64,000 nucleotides of DNA, taken from positions 10,664,001 through 10,728,000 of the forward strand of contig NC_043024.1 in NCBI RefSeq assembly GCF_006345805.1, in the 5' to 3' direction. This document shows, piece after piece, positions 54,557 to 64,000 of the stretch. The position numbers and the translations under genes are program-made. The notes beneath the pieces are model-generated. The model searched no databases, was not told the DNA's origin, and saw only the letters and a program-made list of their open reading frames with translations. Every line of letters starts with the position of its first letter. Positions within the stretch are counted from its first letter, which is position 1. This stretch comes from Octopus sinensis (taxonomy: Eukaryota).

Positions 54557-54594
54557 TCCTTTACGTTTCGAGCCTACGCTCTTCGACAGAAAGA
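54557..54594 (-). ncRNA. Minimal hammerhead-like motif, A6U variant with extra A
   Basis: Minus strand UCUUU-CUGUCGA-A-GAGC(GUAG)GCUC-GAAA-CG-UA-AAGGA: 5-bp stem I, 4-bp stem II, ACGU palindrome, GUA triplet. Confidence 0.5.
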
Positions 54595-55677
54595 TACACA
54601 GAAAAGAAACAAGGAGAGAAAAAAATGCGTGTAGGAGCTAACAATCTATCATGGCGTCCTGACTTCGGACAGTGGTCATATATATATATACATTCAGTTA
54701 GAGGAGACCCCCTTCGGTCATGAATGACCATGGGATTGCACCTAGAAAGTAACTTTCCGAGGCACAAGTCGGTGCAAGGTTGTTTATGGAAGACCAGCAG
54801 TCGCCCATGCATACCAGCCTCCCCTCTCCACACGACCAGTGTTATCCAAGGGAAAGGCAAAGGCTGATACAGCTTGACACCAGTGACGTCGCAGCTCATT
54901 TCTACAGCTGAATAGACTGGAGCAACGTGAAATAAAGTGTCTTGCTCAAGAACACAACACAGCCCGGTCCGGGATTCAAGCTCACAACCTCACAATCGTA
55001 AGCTCTACACTCTAACCACTGAGCCATGCGCCTTCACATACACTCAGTATTCCCCTAAGAAACACAGCCAATCATTATCTTTAAATCCTCGTGGTAATTA
55101 GTTGTTGATCAAATGTAAAACATATGAATCGCTAGGAATCACCCACCTCCTTCTTTCAAAAATCGCTTTCCTTTTTAGAAGTGACAACGATGATTCAGTC
55201 CTGCATATATTGTAACTAATATTACATTAAAACACCAGCAGTCATTTAATCATAAGGAATCAGTGAAATATCATACGCAGAATGGTTTACTAATTGCATT
55301 TGAATATGAAAATATTTTGCATTGGATTAAAGTGAGTGAGGCTAAGACTCAGAAAGTCAACAAGCAGTGAGGAAAAAAATGTCACTTGTATTTTTTGATA
55401 TTGTAATTTGGTAGGAAACACTAATTAAACGAAACACATGTGTCTGGCTATATATATATACACACACACATATATATATATAAATAGATGAGTGTATTTT
55501 TACCTTGTTAAAAATTAACATGGAAAAATAAATAAATAGTTACCAGGGCAGCAAAAATCTCACAAGTAAAGATGTTGTAACTCCTTGTTTATAAAGGTAG
55601 AAACTTCGTGTTTACGTGGAATATTTGAATAATATGAATAAAAAATGGAGTTAACGCAGGTGTAAACAAATATTTTT

Positions 55678-55763
55678 ACTTTCAACACATGTTTCAAAAA
55701 TTCCACTGATACTATTCAAAAGAATAAATGGTATAAACAATGCAATCTTCTCTTCGGGAAAGT
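55678..55763 (-). ncRNA. Hammerhead motif (U4C core) in left arm of a Penelope-type inverted repeat
   Basis: Minus strand ACUUUC-CCGAAGA-GAAGAUU...AAUUUUU-GAAA-CAUGUG-UU-GAAAGU: 6-bp stem I, GUU triplet. Confidence 0.55.
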
Positions 55764-56245
55764 GAAAAAAACGAAACTCGTCAATACGACATTTTAGCAA
55801 AAAATGATGGATTTGTATAGCGATAGACAGAACGCTATTAATATTGTTTAAAAAAACCTTATATGATATAACGTTATAAGTAGCTAACAGAAAGAGTAGG
55901 GATATTAATAGTGAATGTTAAATATAAAGGAAATTAAAGTTTAAACTATATATAATGATAGAGGCTACTTATATGCACTAAAAGTATGTTTTTGCCAATG
56001 CTTACATCTGTATGCTCGTTCTATAACCGTGTTTACTAGAGTATTTTTAGAAAAAATAATGAAAAATAGCTCAGAATTGCAGAGAAGACAGAATTTCTTG
56101 CCTTTGTCATATGGTATCGAAATTGAGAGGATCAACCATTCTAAATGAAATTGTTCATTGTGGTCTTTTAATAGCGTTCTGTCTATCGCTATACAAATCC
56201 ATCATTTTTTGCTAAAATGTCGTATTGACGAGTTTCGTTTTTTTC

Positions 56246-56331
56246 ACTTTCCCGAAGAGAAGATTGCATTGTTTATACCATTTATTCTTTTGAATAGTAT
56301 CAGTGGAATTTTCGAAACATGTGTCAAAAGT
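56246..56331 (+). ncRNA. Hammerhead motif (U4C core) in right arm of the inverted repeat (sense strand)
   Basis: ACUUUC-CCGAAGA-GAAGAUU...AAUUUUC-GAAA-CAUGUG-UC-AAAAGU: 7-bp stem II, GUC triplet, first stem I pair is a C-A mismatch. Confidence 0.55.
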
Positions 56332-56370
56332 AAAAATATTTGTTTACACCTGCGTTAACTCCATTTTTTA

Positions 56371-56408
<38 letters not shown>

Positions 56409-56435
56409 TCAAAATAAAAACATGATGCCAAGGAT

Positions 56436-56520
56436 TCAGTGGTACATATGTTTTGGGCCTTTATTAGACGGATTTATAACAATGCATAATGTGTGTCTAT
56501 GGCCTTCTTCAGCCGCGCAC
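56436..56520 (-). ncRNA. Degenerate hammerhead motif (GAAA lost)
   Basis: Minus strand GG-CUGAAGA-AGGCC-AUAGAC...GUCUA...GGCCC-AAAA-CAUAUG-UA-CC: palindromic CAUAUG, GUA triplet, G12 missing. Confidence 0.4.
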
Positions 56521-56729
56521 AATTACTACTTCAAGGACATGTATTACATAAAAAATTCTACGTTGGGGATGCAAATCCTCTCAGTCGCGTACGACATATA
56601 AGTTCAGCAAAAATTTAGAATCAAATGAATATGGTACTTAATTTAGATGCACCAGAATTCTGTATGGTGTTATCCATAAAAATCCGTGTGGTGATTATAA
56701 TCAAAATAAGCAACAAGGATGACTCTGGT

Positions 56730-56820
56730 AATTTGGTACGATCGTTTCGTACTACATCATTTTATTAAATGTTGTAAGTATTACAACAGTTTTAAAATGC
56801 TGAGCACTCATCAGCCAATT
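56730..56820 (-). ncRNA. Type I hammerhead ribozyme motif with canonical core
   Basis: Minus strand AAUUGG-CUGAUGA-GUGCU[long hairpin CAUUUUA/UAAAAUG, UGUUGUAA/UUACAACA]AGUAC-GAAA-CGAUCG-UA-CCAAAUU. All core nucleotides canonical, palindromic CGAUCG, GUA triplet. Confidence 0.75.
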
Positions 56821-57089
56821 ATAGAGGTTTTCATTAATACAAAAATTTTCATATCAAGTGGCAACATTACAGAGAAGGTAGCTACATAGACAAAGATGTG
56901 GATTTAAATTTTAAGAACATTTGAGGTAGTGGAGTCCATCAACTGACTGACTAAGATTCAGTTGTTCCAGACTACTGTAGGGTTCTGAGAGGGAAGAACA
57001 AATGAAAAGAGACAATAAAGATTTTTCTAATTATAGAAATGGGGTAAAGGGGATGTCAGAGCTCCATATAAGGAATTTATTGTCACAAT

Positions 57090-57478
57090 ATATATAAATA
57101 AACTTGAGTTGTCTGTGTATGGCAGGTTTGGTAGCCTTCAACTAACACTATCTCCTCCGAGACCCTGCAGCGCAAGTTGACCAAAATTGAAAGTATGATA
57201 GAAGAAGGCTTGCTCTTCCTTCCGTAGAAGAAAAAATTCAAATCGGACCATGTTAACACCAAAAATTATTTACATCAAAAAGGTGCTTTTTTTCTATGGA
57301 AATCCTTATTTTTTACGATTTTTTGACTGCTGTGCTGCCATTTTTCAGTGTATTTCAACCAGAAAAATGTTCACTTAAAGAGAATAACAAGCTACATAAT
57401 GCAAAATTTTTACTTTTCAAAAATTCCAATTCTAAAGGGTCGAAACAAACCCAAGCAACGCCAGGCGATACTGCCAGT
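57090..57478 (+). mobile_element. Putative non-autonomous Helitron-like element
   Basis: Starts in a TATATATAAA run and ends cccaagcaacgccaggcgatactgccag, read as a CpG-decayed subterminal hairpin plus CTAG-like terminus. Family assignment is an inference. Confidence 0.4.
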
Positions 57479-57523
57479 ATATATATATATATATATATAT
57501 ATACTGGCAGTATCGCCTGGCGT
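57458..57523. repeat. Perfect 66-bp palindrome centred on (TA)n
   Basis: acgccaggcgatactgccag-(ta)n-ctggcagtatcgcctggcgt. Confidence 0.9.
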
Positions 57524-57650
57524 ATGTGTGTGTGTGTGTGTGTATGTATATATAAATTTTTTTTTTAAATATGCACTCACATGAAAACACATATTATCTC
57601 AAATTCTGTTCAATTAAATGAGAGGATCTATCTGTCTGTGTGTCTTTCAG

Positions 57651-57795
57651 ATGGGTGCATGTTACGGAAGAGACCCTGAACTATTTGGGGAACGACTACG
57701 AGGTGATACCCGGAGAAGGAGACAAGCGGAACAACTATTTGAAGGAGAACAACGTGAAGACTTTCTTCATCAAAGCAGACTCTTACAGACAAAAG
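57651..57795 (+). CDS. ADCY5: Adenylyl cyclase exon (end of C1a)
   Basis: 145 nt, phase 2/0. WVHVTEETLNYLGNDYEVIPGEGDKRNNYLKENNVKTFFIKADSYRQK; tttcAG acceptor, GTAAG donor. Confidence 0.93.
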
Positions 57796-58427
57796 GTAAG
57801 ACCAGACCTTAGGGATGCTGAGGAGTGGGGGTGGGGTGGGATAGTGCTGGATGCCATGGTAGACGTAGGCATATGCACCTCCATCCCCATCACCACCACT
57901 ATCATCAACATCATTGTCATCATCGTCGTCATCACCAGTAGCAGCAGAGGCATCCTCATCATCATCATCATCATCATCACCAGTAGCAGCAGCATCCTCA
58001 TCATCTTCAGCAGCACCATCACCATCATCTTTGTCATCATCCACATCATCATCAGCAGCAGCAGCAGCAGTAGTAGTAGCAGCAGCAAAAGCAGTGTCCC
58101 CCACCATCATCAACATCATCATCACCAGTAGCAGCAGCATCCTCATCATCTTCAGCGGCAGCAGTGCCACCACCATCATCTTTGTCATCATCGACATCAT
58201 CATCTTCATCATTAGCAGTAGTAGCGACAGCAGCAGAAGCAGTGCCCCCCCCCCACCATCACCACCACCATCAGCAGCATCATCATCACCAGTAGTAGCG
58301 ACAGCAGCATCATCTTTGTCATCATCGACATCATCATCACCAGCAGTAGTAGAAGCAACACAACCACCACCACCACCATTTTCTTCACCTTCATCACCAG
58401 CAGCAGTAGGAGGTGCAATGGCCCAAT

Positions 58428-59310
58428 GGTTAGGGCAGTAGACTTGCGGTTGGAGGATCGCGGTTTCGATTCTCAGACCGGGCGTTGTGTGTGTTTATTG
58501 AGCGAAAACACCTAAAGCTCCACGAGGCTCCGGCAGCGGGTGGTGGCGACACCTGTTGTACTCTTTCGCTCCATCTTTCTCTCACTCTTTCTTCCGGTTT
58601 CTTGTCCCCGACTTCCTACGCAACCGCTGAGCCTGGATGCGCATTCATCCATCCGTCGATGCTATTGGTGTCAGGGGTTGACCTGCTTTCTCTTCTGAGG
58701 GTCTTACGAATATCAAAGGACCACATTTCGGACTTCTCCCATCTTGCGAGGTCTGAGACGAAGACCTTCGCTCAACAGCAACAGCAAGGAGGCGCAATGG
58801 CCCAATGGTTAGGGCAGCAGACTCGCGGTTGGAGGATCGCGGTTTCGATTCCCAGACTGGGCGTTGTGTGTGTTTATTGAGCGAAAACACCTAAAGCTCC
58901 ACGAGGCTCCAGCAGGGGGGGGGGCACTTCTGTTGTACTCTTTCGCCCCAACTTTCTCTCACTCTTTCTTCCTGTTTCTTGTCCCCAACTTCCTACGCAA
59001 CCGCTGAGCCTGGATGCGCATTCATCCATCCGTCGATGCTCTCAGTGTCGGGGGTTGACCTGCTTTCTCTTCTGAGGGTCTTACAAATAGCAAAGGACCT
59101 CGTTTCGGACTTCTCCCATCTTGCGAGCTCTGGGACAAAGACCGTTCGCTCAACAGCAACAGCAAGAAGGCGCAATGGCCCAATGGTTAGGGCAGCAGAC
59201 TCGCGGTTGGAGGATCGCGGTTTTGATTCCCAGACTGGGCGTTGTGTGTGTTTATTGAGCGAAAACACCTAAAGCTCCACGAGGCTCTGGCAGGGGATGG
59301 GACGAAGACC
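58428..59310 (+). mobile_element. Three head-to-tail tRNA-Arg-like SINE units (minus-strand copies at about 62010-62300, 62370-62660, 7300-7430)
   Basis: Head ggcgcaatggcccaatggttagggcagcagactcgcggttggaggatcgcggtttcgattcccagactgggcg has tRNA-like A/B boxes and a TCG anticodon-like loop, but runs into a non-tRNA body. Confidence 0.75.
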
Positions 59311-59854
59311 GTTCGCTCAACAGCAACAGCAGCACACCCACCACCGCCGCCACCACCACCATCAGCATCCTCATCACCATTTTGTTTTTTTTTCCATCCT
59401 CATACAATCACAGAATTTGGATGAGTCTGTTTATTGCAATCTTTTGTCCCCTTTTGTGAGGTTCATCATCCCAAACTTGGACTTTTCCCACATTTTTCCC
59501 CCTATTCTTTGTTCTTGGTCTTCCAGTCTTCCTCTTCTGTCCATTCTTCCTTCTGGGCCCTCTTGTCCCCACCCACCCTGCTTCCTTTACCAAACTCTCA
59601 TCTTCCAATCACATCTGGTACCTCTACCAACTCATACTTGTACTTGTGATGGTGTTCACCCAGGGTGGGTTGAGCCGGCTTCTTCTCTGGTCCTCACGGC
59701 ATCATGAACCATGGCCGCCCACGCTCGACAGTCCTGTGCGAGGTCACTGGAGATAGCGATCCATCCGTGGTTCCATCTGCGCAGACCGACCACCTGTCGT
59801 ATTTATTGCCATGGTAGTTGTAGGATTCATAGAAGTTTCGTGGGAATATTGAAT

Positions 59855-60518
59855 TCACAAGTGGTCCCCGACATCGCGCATGCATATCCCGAGTGACGGG
59901 ATTCCCTGTTTGCCGCGGAGTCTCCACAGACGCAGGGACAGAACGACCTCGAAGCCACTGGTTGCTGATCAGACACCTCTTGGAATTTTCACCAGAGCTC
60001 CGTTGGCCAGGCTGCGGCCCTAATACTGCTCGGTGCCAGATCAATCCGCTTTGGATGGCCCTACCAGGAACCAAAGTTCCCGACGGCATAGCTCTGACAC
60101 TGCCCGTTTACACCACCCTACTGCTTTGAGGAGGGATTGGACTTTAGGGTAGCCTAAACTCGATTACGTCTTTTATGCATCACAGCTCACAAGTGGTCCC
60201 CGACATCCCGCATGCATATCCCGAGTGATGGGATTCCCTGTTTGCCGCGGAGTCTCCACAGACGCAGGGACAGAACGACCTCGAAGCCACTGGTTGCTGA
60301 TCAGACACCTCTTGGAATTTTCACCAGAGCTCCGTTGGCCAGGCTGCGGCCCTAATACTGCTCGGTGCCAGATCAATCCGCTTTGGATGGCCCTACAAGG
60401 AACCAAAGTTCCCGACGGCATAGCTCTGACACTGCCCGTTTACACCACCCTACTGCTTTGAGGAGGGATTGGACTTTAGGGTAGCCTAAACTCGATTACG
60501 TCTTTTATGCATCACAGC
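59855..60518. repeat. Direct tandem duplication of a 332-bp CpG-rich segment
   Basis: 59855-60186 and 60187-60518 are near-identical (tcacaagtggtccccgacatc...tgcatcacagc). Confidence 0.9.
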
Positions 60519-61040
60519 TAATTCTTCCAAGTCGTTGATTCCTTTCTTCTCACCTCTGCCGTTTCCCCTCTTCTTCTTCCAAGCCGACACAAGACATCTT
60601 GCAGACCTTGGTTCGTTTCTTTCCTTCTCTGTAAATCCTCAGGTATGGCTTTGTGGTTAAGAAGCTGTTTTGCAATCACATGATTTTGGTTTCAATCCCT
60701 ACTGTGTGACACCTTGGGCCAGTGTCTCCTGCTATAGCCTCAGACCATCCAAAGCCTTGTGAGTGGATTTGAGAGATAGAAACTGAACGAAGCTTGGGCA
60801 AGTATCTCCGTATAGTGGCCCATCATATAAATATATATATGCAGGAGTGGCTGTGTGGTAAGAAGCTTGCTTCCCAATCACAAGGTCCCACTGCATGTCA
60901 CCTTGGGCAAGTGACTTCTAATACAGCCAAAGCCTTGTGAGTGAATTTGGGAAACGGAAACTATATGGAAGCCCATCATAAAAATATACATGGGCATGGC
61001 TGTGTGATAAGATGCTTGTTTCCCAACCACAGGGAGAGAG

Positions 61041-61670
61041 GCAGGTGTGCCAGAGAGAGAAACAGGTGTGGTAGAGAGAGAGAGACAGGTGTGCCAGAAA
61101 GAGAGAGAGACAGGTGTGCCAGAGAGAGAGAGACAGGTGTGCCAGAGAGAGAGAGAGACAGGTGTGCCAGAGAGAGAGAGACAGGTGTGCCAGAGAGAGA
61201 GAGACGGGTGTGCTAGAGAGAGAGAGAGAGACAGGAGTACCAGAGAGAGAGACAGGTGTGCCAGAGAGAGAGAGACAGGCATGCCAGAGAGAGACAGGTG
61301 TGCTAGAGAGAGAGAGACAGGTGTGCCAGAGAGAGAGAGAGACAGGTGTGCTAGAGAGAGAGAGAGACAGGAGTACCAGAGAGAGAGACAGGTGTGCCAG
61401 AGAGAGAGAGACAGGCATGCCAGAGAGAGACAGGTGTGCCAGAGAGAGAGACGGGTACACCAGAGAGAGAGACAGGTGTGCCAGAGAGAGAGAGACAGGT
61501 GTGCCAGAGAGAGAGACAGGTGTGCCAGAGAGAGAGACAGGTGTGCAACAGAGAGAAACAGGTGTGCCAGAGAGAGAGAAACAGGTGTGCCAGAGAGAGA
61601 GAGAGACAGACAGGTGTGTCAGAGAGAGAGAGAGAGACAGGTGTACCAGAGAGAGACAGGTACGCCAGGG
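61041..61670. repeat. Compound minisatellite acaggtgtgcca(ga)n, about 28 units
   Basis: Direct reading; ends about 40 bp before the acceptor at 61710. Confidence 0.9.
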
Positions 61671-61710
61671 AGGGATGTTTAGTGATTGTAATGAAACTCT
61701 TCTTTTGCAG

Positions 61711-61802
61711 CCAAAGAAGGTTGAAACGTTGGACAGTAGAACCCCAAAGCATAAACAGCAAAAGAAATTGAGCTTCAAAAGTAACGTTGGCATCCATCAG
61801 AA
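61711..61802 (+). CDS. ADCY5: Adenylyl cyclase C1b exon (divergent, basic)
   Basis: 92 nt, phase 0/2. cttttgcAG acceptor, GTAAGC donor; PKKVETLDSRTPKHKQQKKLSFKSNVGIHQ(K). Its phases exactly bridge the flanking exons. Confidence 0.8.
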
Positions 61803-62307
61803 GTAAGCATTTTGTGTTTATACATACATGTACACGTGTGTGTGTGTGTCCCACTCTTTGTGAACCCCATCTACCTTCCCCCAATTCATGTGTTTATACA
61901 TGTGTGTGTGGGTCCCACTCACTTTGACTCCCATCTAACTTCCCCTATGCATGCGTTGTTGGTCATCCTTCAGATGTAATTGTTGTGCGTTTGTATGTGT
62001 ATTTGTGTTTGTTCCTTCTCAAGCCATGCCTGGCTCATAAGGGCCGGCTTTCCCCGGTTTCCTTGGTGTATAGGTTCCCCACCTGGACGGGACACCGGTC
62101 CGTCGCAGGTGAGCTTCTAGATTCAGGAGGAAAGAGTGAGAGAAATTTGTGGCGAAAGGGTCAGCAGAATTTTTGCCATTACCTTCGGTCAGAGCCGCAT
62201 GGAGCTTAGGTGTTTTGCTCATAAACATACACATCACCTGGTCTGAGATTCGAACCCACGAACCCTCAATCGCGAGTCCGCTGCTCTAACCACTAGGCCA
62301 TGCGCCT

Positions 62308-62359
<52 letters not shown>

Positions 62360-62959
62360 TGTTGTTGTTATTTGTTCCTTCTCAAGCTATGCCTGGCTCA
62401 TAGGGCCAGTTTCCCGGTTTCCCTGGCGTATAGGTTCCCCACCTGGACAGGACGCCGGTCCGTCGCAGGTGAGCTGCAAGATGCAGGAGGAAAGAGTGAG
62501 AGAAAGTTGTGGCGAAAGAGTCAGCGGAAGTTCGCCATTACCTTCCGCCGGAGCCATGTGGTGCTTAGGTGTTTCACTCATAAACACACACATCGCCCGG
62601 TCTGAGATTTGAACCTGCGATCCCTCAACCGCGAGTTCGCTGCCCTAACCACTAGGCGATGTGTCTCCACAATGTATGTGTGTGTGTCCCTTGCTCTGTG
62701 ACTCCTGTCTACCTTCCTTAATTCAGGTATTGTCGATCACCCATCACATGTAAGCATTATGTGCTTATACACGTGTGTGTGTGTCCCACTCTGAGACCCC
62801 CTTCTACCTTCCCCCAACTCATGCACCTTTGGTCACTCACTTACATCCACCCATCAATCCTACCCAATCTTTAAAGCTGTTACCTACCCCCCTTCCTACC
62901 CCTCTATCTCACGCTCTGCCCACCCCCCACTCACACACACACACATACACTCTCCTGTG

Positions 62960-63250
62960 AACACCATTCGAGTGCCTTACTGGCACCTGTGCCGCTGGCA
63001 TGTGTAAAAAGATTCGAGCATGGCCATTGCCAGTGCCGCCTGACTGACCCCCGTGCCGGTGGCACGTAAAAAGCACCCACTACACTCTCAGGGTGATTGG
63101 CATTAGGAAGGGCATCCAGCTGTAGAAACTCTGCCAGATCAGATTGGAGCCTGGTGCAGCTTCCATGGCTTACCAGACCCCGGTCGAACCGTCCATTCCA
63201 TGCTAGCATGAAAAGCGGCCTTAAACGATGATGATGATGATGATGATGAT
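62960..63250 (+). mobile_element. (GAT)n-tailed retroposon 3' end (representative; others about 420-730, 18150-18460, 29050-29270, 36480-36670, 44645-45160, 46460-46595)
   Basis: Shared ...gcacccactacactc...aggaagggcatccagctgtagaaac...atgctagcatggaaaacggacgttaaacgatgatg, with variable 5' truncation. Confidence 0.8.
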
Positions 63251-63336
63251 GATAACGATGTTGATGGTGATGATTATGATGATGATGATGATGGACAACG
63301 TACAAACTATGACTTTCCTCTTTCTTTTTCTTCCAG

Positions 63337-63493
63337 ACTTGGCTACGGCAATCCGACGTCGGCAAAAGACCCCGAAGACGAAGTGAACGAATACCTCGAC
63401 CGAGCCATCGATGCCCGTAGTGTTGACCAGCTGCGGGCGGAACATGTCAAGCCCATATCCTTAAAGTTCTACAAGAAAGAATACGAAGAAAAG
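63337..63493 (+). CDS. ADCY5: Adenylyl cyclase C1b exon
   Basis: 157 nt, phase 2/0. LGYGNPTSAKDPEDEVNEYLDRAIDARSVDQLRAEHVKPISLKFYKKEYEEK, matching the AC5/6 PEDEVxEFLxRAIDARS motif; donor GTGAGT. Confidence 0.95.
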
Positions 63494-64000
63494 GTGAGTC
63501 CAGATATAACCACCACAAAGTATAAATATTCGTCATAACATAGTCTTCTTTATTGCAGCAAATCTGACTTACAGCCGTTTCCAGTGGTATTTATAGGTTT
63601 GTTATTGGTAGGTTTCCTCAGTCAGCATATTGATCAGCAAGAGTGGCCGTGTGGTAAGTAGCTTGCTTACCAACCACATGGTTCTGGGTTCAGTCCCACT
63701 GCGTGGCACCTTGGGCAAGTGTCTTCTACTATAGCCTCGGGCTGACCAGAGCCTTGTGAGTGGATTAGGTAGACGGAAACTGAAAGAAGCCCATCATATA
63801 TATATAGTGAGATATATATAGGTACAGGAGTGGCTGTGTGGTAAGTAGCTTGATTACCAACCACATGGTTCTGGGTTCAGTCCCACTGCGTGGAACCTTG
63901 GGCAAGTGTCTTCTACTATAGCCTCGGGTCGACCAAAGCCTTGTGAGTGGATTTGATAGACGGAAACTGAAAGAAGCCCGTCGTATATATGTATGTATAT

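Larger units (their letters stand above)
55632..56377 (-). mobile_element. 5'-truncated Penelope-like element with inverted pLTR
   Basis: Arms 55632-55841 and 56168-56377 are reverse complements (3 mismatches seen in 210 bp). The spacer's minus strand (56168-55965) reads KDHNEQFHLEWLILSISIPYDKGKKFCLLCNSELFFIIFSKNTLVNTVIERAYRCKHWQKHTFSAYK*, fitting the PLE GIY-YIG C-terminal pattern W...PY...CxLCxxE...LxN...CxH. Each arm carries a hammerhead motif. Confidence 0.75.

Noticed and set aside
55428-55450. GAAA-CACATGTG-TC, a hammerhead-like 3' half
   Set aside because: No upstream core with matching stem I and II could be found.
58788-58862. tRNA-Arg-like sequences
   Set aside because: They continue into a shared SINE body, lack a proper acceptor stem and occur as decayed multiple copies; treated as SINE heads.

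Overview
AT-rich, microsatellite- and SINE-dense eukaryotic DNA; the repeat types point to a coleoid cephalopod, probably Octopus (inference). Most of the window is the 5' half of one plus-strand transmembrane adenylyl cyclase gene of the ADCY5/6 type. Eight exons (20392-63493) join in frame at GT-AG sites and encode the N-terminus, membrane cluster M1, catalytic domain C1a (both metal-binding Asp motifs intact) and C1b; the gene continues past the window. Two candidate upstream exons (1753-1833 and one ending at 14985) have phase-compatible donors and could give alternative N-termini. Introns contain decayed Dong/R4, RTE, CR1 and mariner elements, pogo/Tigger-like MITEs, a Helitron-like element and several SINE families. 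The main unexpected result is eight hammerhead-ribozyme-like motifs. Seven lie in 52.1-56.8 kb, in the two introns flanking exon 53774-53932. They include a sense-strand U3-A8 variant, a U4C pair inside a 210-bp inverted repeat flanking a Penelope GIY-YIG C-terminal remnant, an A6U variant and one canonical antisense copy. All structures were derived by hand and none has been shown to cleave.
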